Shown: positions 1-8,642 of the stretch, piece by piece
How positions within the stretch are numbered: the stretch's first letter is position 1
How the letters are laid out: every line of letters starts with the position of its first letter
DNA from: Paraspadella gotoi
Lineage: Eukaryota; Animalia; Chaetognatha
DNA: 9,486 bases
NCBI GenBank assembly: GCA_051294375.1
Contig: JBJCIZ010000952.1
Coordinates: forward strand, 1 to 9,486
Direction of reading: 5' to 3'
Position numbers and translations under genes: made by a program
Notes under the pieces: model-generated
What the model saw: only the letters and a program-made list of their open reading frames with translations
Databases searched by the model: none
Told to the model about the DNA's origin: nothing

Positions 1-1256
1 ACTCCAAGTCTCTGAGAGAGATATATGAAGATATCAACAAAACAGCACTCGTGATCTATAATCAATCATCGCTATTTTTTCACCCTATAAATATTAAATT
101 AGCGAATTTTTTCAAGTATATCTAGATGATTAGCGAGATATAAGAACTAAAGATAGAGTTACGATATTGCATTGAGTTTCGCCCGTTTGTGGCATTGGAT
201 CCTTATATATTTTTATATCGATCCGTAGAAATGACAGTCAATATTGCGCATGCAAAATTTCAAGTCAATCGGCCTGCGCGTTTTAGAAATGGCAGGCAAA
301 AACCCGCCGTTTTTTCCCACCCATCTTCGCAAAACCAGATTCCGCGATCGAAAACATAATTTTTTTGGTTTCCACTAACACGTCTTGAACTAGCGCTCGC
401 TGTCGTGAGTTTCTTTTTATTACAAGCCCCGCGAACGATCGAGCGGGAGAAGGCGGTAGCGGTAAACTAAAAATGCGCGTTCGGGTCCTAATTTAATTTT
501 TAAAAAAACATCAAAAGGCCAAATAACATTAATTACAAACAAATTTAGAATAAATAAATTTACAGATCAAATAACAGAAACTCAACTTTATCTATTAAAC
601 TAATAAATCAAAATCTGTGTTGCAAGGACAGGGATTTAAACTTCAATAAACTCTGTACTGGCTGTACTGGCTGTAGAGAGACTTGGCTCTCCCGCGTTAC
701 AGGGTAGGAATGGCTCGTCGTGAGGGAGGCTCAACTGCATCTGACAGGACTCCAAAACGTTGTATATATCTGGAGATCTCTCAAACGTAAACCAAATAAT
801 AAAAAAGGTTGAATCATAAAATGTAAATGTAATAAAAATGCAAATCAGAAGAAAATCCAGCGTAAATCGACAGAAATCCCCAGCAAAATCTACAGAATCG
901 TAGGAATCGTGATCAAGTGACTGAAGTTGGTCTGTGTGAGATTTTCCGAGAGAACTATGAGAAAGGGCGGGAGAAACCGGCAAAAGAGAGAGAGGGCGAA
1001 CAAGTCGTCCGGTCAACCTTGGTCTGGTCGATCGGTCATTCCGTCGACCTCGGTTGTCCTCTTTGTCGTCGTCTCCGTCAGTCTTGGGCCTTTCTCTTCA
1101 AACCCATTTTAGCGAATATGGTCATCGAAGCCCTCTTTCCATGTGACGGAGCAGCGAATATCTCTCGCTTCAAACCGAGTGCCTGAATGACATTCAGTGA
1201 ATATGTATCTTTCCCTGTAGGTTTTTTATAATGAAAATAACAGAAATAACCCAGTT

Positions 1257-1397
1257 TGGTGGACTAAAATCCAGCAACCGTTCATCAGTGGCCATTGGTG
1301 CAGAAGGCAAGTCATTCGCCTCCCAACCCAAAGGTCCGGGCTTCTTGCCTGGTGGTTGCCTAGCAGTTAAGAGGGATGGGGCGCTTAACACGCCTGT
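1257..1397 (+). mobile_element. tRNA-derived SINE-like element, copy A (leader + tRNA head + start of body; 3'-truncated)
   Basis: Aligns with copies at 6789-7031, 8313-8559 (reverse) and 8643-8863. Leader TGGTGGACTAAAATCCAGCAACC, then tRNA-like GTGGCCATTGGTGCAGAAGGCAAGTCATTCGCCTCCCAACCCAAAGGTCCGGG from 1288. Similarity stops at CGCCTGT (~1397). Confidence 0.8.
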
Positions 1398-1857
1398 TAG
1401 TTAAAGTAACCGAAAGATCAAAATTTTGGTGCTAATTTTTTTTTTCTGAAATAAAAGAGACAATTTAGTTCTAAATAATGTACAAATTGAAAGAAGGACG
1501 AAAGTCGCCGATCAGCTTTAACGGGTCCATTTATTAACGTAACGGAGTAGACAATTGAGCGGACAACAGTGGACAACAGAGTTGAAAAGCCAGAGTAAAA
1601 AACGGGTTACAAATATAACTGGCTCTCTAACAATTTATATTAAATTGCTAAGCTAATTCTAATTAATAAGCAACAATAAACTAGCAGTTTAACTAGCTAA
1701 TTATACGTACTTCAGATTATCATTATCATTATACGGCTTCAGATCATCATGGTAACCAAATATCGTCAAACATATTTTAGAGAATAAAATAATTATTTGG
1801 AGGACAAGGAGATTTCAAACTTCGGCATAAATTCCCCCGAAAAATCTATATAATAGT

Positions 1858-2072
1858 AACAAGTTTGAGCAAACAATGCCGGATCTACCCACGATCATTA
1901 GCGGTAAGCAGCTGATCAGATAATTAATTAATTAATATTAATTTTTTTTGTGTCAAAATCGTTTTCCACTTTGTCTCGCCTCTCAATCATAAAACAATCT
2001 CGATCACAAAGTCAATTAATTACAAATAATTAATTACTTATTTATTAATAATTAATTAATGCAACTTGAATT
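1858..2072 (-). repeat. Tandem duplicate of the 3' end of the HINE/DINE-like element
   Basis: Near-identical to 2086-~2325 (AACAAGTTTGAGCAA(A)CAATGCCGGATCT(A/G)CCCACGATCATTAGCGGTAAGCAGCT...GTGTCAAAATCGTTTTCCACTTTGTCTCGCCTCTCAATCA). The two starts are 228 bp apart. Confidence 0.9.
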
Positions 2073-2553
2073 GAATTTAAAAATAAACAAGTTTGAGCAA
2101 CAATGCCGGATCTGCCCACGATCATTAGCGGTAAGCAGCTCATCAGATAATTAATTAATTAATTAATATTAATTTTTTTTATTCGTGTCAAAATCGTTTT
2201 CCACTTTGTCTCGCCTCTCAATCACAAAACAACAATCTCGATCACAAAATTAATTAATTAACAAATTAATTAGAAATAATTAATTAATTACTTATTTATT
2301 AATAATTAATTAATGCAGCTTGAAATTACATTTAATATAAAAATTTAAAAAAGCATAAGCAAATAGTGAAATAGATTGTTTTTTCCATTTTAACTCATTT
2401 CCACTTGGACGATTCCATCGAAACTTTATTTCCTGCTCGATCATACACTTTCCTACCCTCACACAAAATTTCATTCCAGTCCATCCATCTAATCACAAGT
2501 AATTGGTGTTTTTTGCTAGTGGGACAGACAGACGGACGGACGAACATCATTTT

Positions 2554-3342
2554 ATGCAGATCTGCTTATCAGCAGATCCTGACTCTATAATTCACTTTGT
2601 CAGTCCGTCGGTCCGTCCCTCAATTTTGTCGGGCACTCACTTATATCATGTCATAACATCAAATTATGATAAATTAGGCAAAAAAAATGATGTCCGTCCG
2701 TCTGTCCGTCCATCCCACCTTAGCAAAAAACACCAATTACTTGTGATTGGATGGATGGATTGGAATGAAATTTTGTATGTGGGTAGGGAAGTGTGATTGA
2801 GCTGGATATGGAATCGTCTGAGTGGAAATGAGTTTAAATAAAAAAAAAAATATTTTACTATTTAAACACCAATTGCTCATGAGTGGATGGGGCGATTGAC
2901 CTGAAATTTTGTATGTGGGTAGGAATGTGTGTGATTAAGCTGGAAATCAAGTTTTGATCGAATCGTTTGAGTAGAAATGAGTTTAAATGGAAAAAACCAA
3001 AAAACATGTTTTACTAAGTGATTATGCTTCTTTTTCTTTTTATATTAAATATAAATGCAAGATGTATTAATTCATCAAATAATTAGTTAGTTAATTAATC
3101 AATTAGTCAATTAATTATTCAATATTTAATCAGTCAATCAATCAAGTCAATCGTTAATGGCATTATTCTCATCGTCATTGCTTTTGTCGTGGTTAGTGAC
3201 TGAAAAACAAACATTTGGGATCAAATTAATTGGCTAATTAATTAATTTGAATTATTAAATTAACTTGAATTACTTAATTATCAATTAATTAATTACCAAT
3301 AATGATCGTGGGCAGATCCGACATTGTTTGCTCAAACTTGTT
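2554..3342 (+). mobile_element. Inner, apparently complete DINE-1/HINE-like element
   Basis: 5' inverted pair GATCTGC (2559-2565)/GCAGATC (2572-2578); GTCCGTCCGTCTGTCCGTCC at ~2692-2711; 3' subterminal GCAGATCCG (3312-3320); inverted repeat GTTTG-CT-CAAAC (3326-3337); ends CTTGTT; flanked by T-runs at 2550-2553 and 3341-3345. Confidence 0.8.
2728..3017 (+). repeat. Two-unit internal tandem repeat (~136-150 bp) inside the inner element
   Basis: AAACACCAATT...TGGATGG...TGAAATTTTGTATGTGGGTAGG...GCTGGA...GAATCGT...GAAATGAGTTTAAAT...TTTTACTA occurs starting at 2728 and at 2864. Confidence 0.85.
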
Positions 3343-4130
3343 TTTACATAATTTATCATAATTCAATGTTCTGACATGATATAAGTGAATGCCCGACGAA
3401 ATGAATTATAGAGCCTGCTGTAACCAGATCCGGCTAAAAATTGAGAACAGTAGGAACAATCGTCGAGCTACTCCAGTTAGGAATTATTATAAACATCTAT
3501 CTAGCTTTACAAGTTCTTCGCGAATGGAGTCTTTTCTGTAACGGTTCTTGGGGACTGGATCAAGGCTTGAGCTGATTTTTACAAGCCGAAGAAGAAAGAG
3601 GACAAGATGGATCACGTGACTCACGAGATACATCGGAATTTAGGTGAGGAATCTTTCACCAAATGTTTGTATTTGGCCGGAATATAATATGGCAATTTTA
3701 TTTAGGTTTTAATCAGACATGGCTCGCACTATTATAATGGTTTATTTCGTATATGCGAATCAAATTTTCGTTGCCATGGCGACCTAACAACTATTTTTCT
3801 CACTTTCACTTTTGTTAAAATAGTGACCGACTCCATTTTAATCATTATATTAATAAATTCAATGCGTTTAATTCATTTTCTACAGTAGACACTATTAGAC
3901 AGTTTCGGCAAAAAGAATTATGGATATTTTTGAAAGGAGTAAAACTTTTTAAAAGCGTGTGAAGTTTCACACTTGTCAAATTAACTATAAAAAAAATTAG
4001 TACATGTTGCACGAGAAGAAAGTAAAATTACGATTTTCGTGTGATTCCAATCACACTCGTCNNNNNNNNNNTTTAAAATTTGTGCTTTAAACGGTTGCAC
4101 AGATTTTACATGTAAATTGTAATAAACAAC

Positions 4131-5015
4131 TCAACATTTAATTAATACCTCAACAGTAAAGTAAATAACACAGTATGGTGGACAGTAAATAATAAAGTTT
4201 GTTGCAAGACGAAAATGATGCAAACTAAAATTTTCGGCCACGAGGCATGTTCGGACGAAATTTATTGTGTTTGTTTCGTTTCTGTATGCCTTCTCTCTGG
4301 CTGCGTGCAGGAAGGGGATTTGGTAGTTGTTTGCAGGTGGACGATTAAAGGGTCTTGGAGCAAATAGTGGAACGGTAGGTGGACATTGGAATTGCTCAGC
4401 AGGGTAACGAGGAAAATTTGCAGCTGGTGAGTGTCCAAAGCCACGAACTGTTGCGGATGCAGTGGGGCGTCTCGATCCTTGTTTCGGTGTTTTTTTCTTC
4501 CAACCGAATCTTACACGGAGGAAATTATCAAAATCGTCGGGACTCGTGTATCGTTGCAGCACTGCAACCCTTTTCCACACACGATAAATGGCGCATGCAG
4601 TCTTTTTTTCTGCTGCTGTTAGTTTTCGGTTTATGTCAAAGTATTTTTCGTCAGAGGTGATTTCAATCAACGGGGCGTCCGGATTATTCCATGCAGCTTT
4701 GAATGGAAACTGGAATTTATTGGTGACTGTTGAATGCTTTCGTGGTGGGTTCTTTCAAGTCAGAAGATTCAACTTTTTGTTCAGCGATCACTGTCCGAGA
4801 CAAGTTCCATCATATCGGGCGTGGGAGAGGCTTCTTCTGGTTTGTCAGTGCCGGGAGGTTGTTGCGATGACGGCTTGGGGCTCTCGAGTGGTGACGATTG
4901 GGGCCGCGTCAAGTTGAGGATTTTTGTGAAGCTTTGGCCGCGTCGGGCTGAGGGGTGTGAAGAAATGACAGCATCGTCGCGAGGGGTCGGGCCCAACCTA
5001 AATGATTTTTACCAT
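4131..5015 (-). pseudogene. Frameshifted, apparently intronless ORF of unknown function (Pro/Ser-rich N-terminus, basic core, Pro-rich C-terminus)
   Basis: GC-richer island. AAAATG start at 5015. ORF segments 4996-4781 and ~4754-4131 are joinable through about three single-base frame changes: MVK/SFRLGPTPRDD...MELVS/RTVIAEQKVESSDLK/KNPPRKHSTVTNKFQFPFKAAWNNPDAPLIEITSDEKYF... An AATAAA at ~4266-4261 overlaps a TAA in another frame, so the true end may be 4262. No domain recognised. Confidence 0.45.
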
Positions 5016-5610
5016 TTTAAATTTTATTTAATTGATGGTGTGAGATCCTGGGTTGGCAAAAACCTCGTTTTTTGGGTTTTTTTAAATTATAGATAGCAGA
5101 CTGTCATATTAATTCTTTTTAAGATACAAATTTAAAATATTTATACTTCTTCAGTGATTACTGATAAAATATATAAAAATATACTGATTATATTTAATAA
5201 TAGTAATTAATTAATTAATATTTTTTATGTGTAAACAGAAATGTAATAAATATAAATTTTATATTTTCTGAATAAAACCTGTTATGAAAAAGTGTATATA
5301 AAACTTAATTTTATTATAAAATAGTAAATTAAATACTACAAAATTTTGATTGTTCGGATAAAAATATTTGATGTTAATTATAATAAATATTTAAGCTAAG
5401 ATTTTTTTCTGACGTCAATATATTATTTTTTCCTGCATTCTCGTTACTGGCAATTACACGGTCAATTTTCCAATTGATTCTGCGCAATCGAAATCAAACT
5501 TCTGAGATCGGGGGAGGATTTGTTGAAGATGATGTTCATGGACGAGGATGAACACGTTGGTCGGACGTCGTTGCATAATCTGGAGAGAGAGAGGAGTAGA
5601 AAGAGAGGGA

Positions 5611-5840
5611 ATAATATCTTATTCTTGAGGACAAGAATTAGATTACTCTGTTAAAATCATTTAAACTAACATTTAAAAACAAGACTGCCAATCAAGATGA
5701 ATAATCCTTTTTTGAGGACAAGATTAGTTTACTTCATAAAAACTTATTTATGAAGGGAAAGCGCCACATTAAGATCAAGGAGGAGATAATAATTTTTTTT
5801 TTAAGGACACAAATAGATTACTGCATAAAATTTATTTTTA
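5611..5840. repeat. Degenerate ~88 bp tandem repeat, about 2.5-3 units
   Basis: ATAAT...TT(G/A)AGGACA...TAG(A/T)TTACT...TAAAA recurs with anchors at 5627, 5714 and 5803. Confidence 0.6.
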
Positions 5841-6515
5841 CAAGGCTTACTAAGAATTAAACGATACGGCATCGGTCGCGTCATCATGAGATAGCGAGGA
5901 AGACGGTAATGCTCATAGGCGAACGCCGAGGCAGACGCCGTCGTGGACGAGGACGCGAAGGTCAGGTTGACAAGGAAACTAATTAGAGAATAACTTAAAT
6001 GACAGAACATAGAATATATTAAAATTATTTTAACAATACAAATACGTGGATAATTATACCTGGATTTCAAACTTTGCTCTGTATTTTTAATTCACTCTCA
6101 AGTGTCGCATGTATCGAGGAGAATAGTCTTATCCCGGGTTGATTGTCGTTTCATCTTTGTTGGTCTGCTTAACCGCGTGATCCTAAGTATAAAATATCAA
6201 ATGTTGTGAGATTGTTTACTCTCTCGCTAATGGAGACTCTTCCAAACATTAACATTATAATAAATAATAGCTAGCAAAAATTGGTTTGATTAATTTAAAG
6301 TTGTTTAAGCGCCTTTACCTCCATTTTAAACAATGCAATCTCCCGACATCCTCCTCATTCTTTACCGGAGGTGTGCCTATCAAAATCATACAATCCTGCA
6401 GAGTACTGTGGCGGCGGCGGCGGTGTACTTACGTTTCAATTAGCGCTGCGGAATTCGATGGCGCGATCAAAAGGCAAATCCAATTTTGACGTAAAGAGAA
6501 TTCCGCGCCGATAAC

Positions 6516-6521
6516 GACTGA
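6516..6521 (-). promoter_or_regulatory. Candidate arthropod Initiator (TCAGTC), +1 at 6519
   Basis: Matches the Inr consensus TCAGTY at the upstream edge of a CpG-rich block, 87 nt before a strong GTAAGT donor. No clear TATA or exact DPE seen. Confidence 0.35.
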
Positions 6522-6788
6522 ATGAAGGAAAAACATTGGAATGCCAACTTTTGCCAACTGGGGTTAAAATTTGTTCAAAAATGGTTTATGAGTAGTTTAG
6601 GATCAAGGTTAAGTGGTTTAGAGTGAGAATGATTAGATAATAATTTTTAAAGTTAAAATGATTAGATAATATTTTCAGTAAATAATACATAATGAATAAT
6701 AATAATTTTTAGGTGTGTAGAATGATTAATAATTTTTTTTTATAATGGATCGATCTTTATAAAAAATGTTTGTTGGATTATTTTGTCC

Positions 6789-7031
6789 TATAGTGGACTA
6801 AAATCACACAACCCGTTTCATCAGCGGCCATTGGTGCCGGACGGCAAGTCCTTCGCGCCTCCCAACCCAAAGGTCCGGGTTTCTAGCCCGGGTGGTCGTC
6901 TGGCAGTTTAAGAGGGACGGGCGCTTAAACCCGCCTGTAACACGGTGTTACAGCGCTGATCCGAAGCTCAGGGACTGCTTATAATGAGATGTTCTGTCAC
7001 TAACACATAACATTAATTACTGTCTCTTCAG
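6789..7031 (+). mobile_element. tRNA-derived SINE-like element, copy B (full length)
   Basis: Acceptor-like stem GCGGCCA (6824-6830)/TGGTCGT (6893-6899); A-box-like TGGTGCCGGACGG; loop CTCCCAA (CCC, Gly-like; anticodon stem poorly paired); T-arm CCGGG-TTTCTAG-CCCGG (6875-6891, B-box-like); then a ~130 bp tRNA-unrelated body ending CTGTCTCTTCAG. Confidence 0.85.
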
Positions 7032-7049
7032 TCCACTCTTTAGATCTTG

Positions 7050-7160
7050 TTATTATAATATTGAATTATAATTTTTTCATAATATTATTATAATTTATTA
7101 TTATATATATTATAATTATTATAATTATAATTATTAGAATATTGAATTATATAAATTTTT
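7050..7160. repeat. AT-rich low-complexity tract (ATTATA-type)
   Basis: Almost entirely A/T, with AATATTGAATTATA occurring twice. Confidence 0.7.
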
Positions 7161-7470
7161 TTCTGTTTTTGTTTTTTTGGAAATAAATTACATAGTTTTA
7201 TTTTTTAATAAAACAATGATTTATTTATAAAAATGTATATTTTGGTTTGTATATTTTGTTCAAACCTTCAGCAGAACAAATTATCTATAAAATAATTTTT
7301 AAGAGTAAGTTAATAAGGAAAAATGGAGAAAGAAAAAAATTAAATTAAAAATTATTACACAAAGAATTGAGAAAAGACTAATAGTTAGATATGTGAGTAT
7401 AGCTTAGTGAAGAATAGAATGAATGAGATTATGAAAAATTATTTTTTATCTATATTCTATTACTTACTAA

Positions 7471-8072
7471 GGCGGGCCAAAATTGAACACTTTTTATAAC
7501 TTTTAATTCTCTCAAAAAATTCCTTTTTTCCATCTATTATGAATCGATTTTCAATGCAACTTTTTGAATTATGTTCATTGGGTTGTTGCACTGAAGCTTT
7601 TAAATATTTATTAATATATAACAAATGACAAAAAATTTAAAAAATTAGTTTTAAGAACGATTCCTATAGGACTTGAAAAGTTAAATGAAAGTTATGTACT
7701 TACAATTTTTAAAATTTTGACAAGAAATTGGTTAAAAACAGAAAAAACATTAAAAAATCATCTATCATCATCATCATGGCTGAATTTTATAGTTTTTTTA
7801 AAATTTTTTATCAATAAAAACAAAAAAATTTTAAAAAATTTGTATTAATAACCTTTTATTCTAACTTTTAAAGCTCTATCAGAATCCATTAAAAAAAAAT
7901 TGAAAAATTAAAAAAATTTTTAACTTTATATAGTAATAAAATAATCTTTAAATGCTTCCGTGCCGCTTATTAATTAACATAATTTTTTAAAATTATTTTT
8001 ATTTTCATATTCTCTAACAGTCACTTTCATCATTATTTATTTGAGAGAATCTAGTTTTCAACCTGTCCGGCC
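7471..8072. mobile_element. Degenerate foldback MITE, PIF/Harbinger (Tourist)-like
   Basis: TAA on both sides (7468-7470, 8073-8075). Termini GGCGGGCCA vs GGCCGGACA (reverse complement). Nested inverted matches: ATTCTCTCAAA/TTTGAGAGAAT; AATTATGTT...GCACTGAAGCTTTTAAA (~7567-7604) vs ~7948-7984; GATTCCTATAGGACTTGAAAAGTTA (~7659-7683) vs ~7862-7886. Confidence 0.65.
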
Positions 8073-8312
8073 TAATACTTACCTTTTCCCCTGCTTCATG
8101 TTTTTTATGCTTTTACCATTCCAATTTATCTATTTATTTTATACATTTATGTAATTTATTTTATTTATAAAAAAAAGTATAAATAATAAAGATTGAAAAA
8201 CATGATAAAAATTTGCTTGTTATATTGTATAAGTTTCGCCAACATTAATTTTTATCGTATCATAATTTATTATTAAAAAAATTGGTAAATTATTTAAATA
8301 TTAATTAAAATT

Positions 8313-8559
8313 TTACTTACAGCCTGAAGAGACAGTATTATTGTTAAATGTTAGAGACAGAACTATTTCAATATAAGCCAGTCCCCTGAGCTTTGGATCA
8401 GGCTGTAACACCATGTTACAGGCGGTTAAGCACCCCGTCTCTCTTAACTGCTACGGCTGGCACCGCCGGCTAGAACCCGACGCTTTGGTTAGGAGGCGAA
8501 TGACTTGCTCCGGCACCAATGGCCGCTGATGATATGGTTGGTGGATTTAGTCCACCATA
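8313..8559 (-). mobile_element. tRNA-derived SINE-like element, copy C (full length)
   Basis: Reverse complement of copy B over its whole length. tRNA head starts at 8526, leader hairpin at 8539-8557, 3' end CTGTCTCTTCAGGCTGTAAGTAA. Confidence 0.85.
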
Positions 8560-8642
8560 CGCCCAATTAGGGTTTTTAAAATATTTTGAAAAAGAATTTC
8601 AAAATATTTCAAAATTTCAAAATATTTATTTTTAAAAAAAAA

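Larger units (their letters stand above)
2086..3435 (-). mobile_element. Outer DINE-1/HINE-like non-autonomous Helentron-type element, split by a nested copy (segments 3435-3346 and ~2550-2086)
   Basis: On minus: 5' end AGCCGGATCTG after a T-run; 3346-3435 is the reverse complement of 2554-2680; (GTCY)n microsatellite at 2522-2542; 3' end GGGCAGATCCGG...GCTCAAACTTGTTT. This layout matches DINE-1/HINE architecture (subterminal inverted repeats, GTCY microsatellite, 3' stem-loop, T-rich insertion site, no TSD). Family assignment is by structure only. Confidence 0.75.
5536..6536 (-). other. Putative spliced transcript (lncRNA or small-protein gene); candidate exons ~6519/6536-6433, 6182-6060, 5978-5851, 5579-downstream
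   Basis: GC-richer blocks bounded by splice-like signals, all on the minus strand. Donors: AAC|GTAAGT (6433/6432), CAG|GTATAA (6060/6059), TTA|GTAAGC (5851/5850). Acceptors: TTTTATACTTAG| (6183), TTCTCTAATTAG| (5979), CTCTCTCTCTCCAG| (5580). AATAAA at 5315-5310. Confidence 0.5.

Noticed and set aside
636-1186. ORFs in the GC-richer island (126 aa minus; 89 and 61 aa plus)
   Set aside because: Non-ATG starts, low-complexity content, no recognisable domain and no consistent splice model. It could be decayed coding sequence but I cannot support a call.
1194-1391. 65 aa minus-strand ORF
   Set aside because: Largely an antisense reading of SINE copy A.
1700-1752. Short duplication TATACG..CTTCAGAT(T/C)ATCAT
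   Set aside because: Two ~22 bp units, ordinary slippage; no spacer structure, so not CRISPR-like.
2405-2796. 61 aa and 97 aa plus-strand ORFs
   Set aside because: They cross the junction of nested non-coding elements and translate the GTCY microsatellite.
3440-3650. Possible plus-strand exon ending AG|GTGAGG (ADFYKPKKKEDKMDHVTHEIHRNL)
   Set aside because: Short, with no convincing acceptor or partner exon and no recognisable homology.
4379-5096. Overlapping plus-strand ORFs
   Set aside because: Best explained as antisense shadows of the minus-strand ORF.
5909-5986. Arg-rich plus-strand peptide MLIGERRGRRRRGRGREGQVDKETN (protamine-like)
   Set aside because: Only 25 aa, and the splice signals around this block are on the minus strand. 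Likely a shadow, though not excluded.
6824-6899. Functional tRNA-Gly(CCC) gene
   Set aside because: The anticodon stem does not pair, the copies are diverged with indels, and each is fused to a shared non-tRNA body. This fits a SINE head.
8490-8560. Hammerhead (CTGATGA) or HDV-like (GGCGAATGAC) ribozyme on the antisense of the SINE
   Set aside because: No stem II closed by GAAA after CTGATGA in any copy, and no HDV P1/P3/L3 arrangement found. GGCGAATGAC is simply the complement of the tRNA head.
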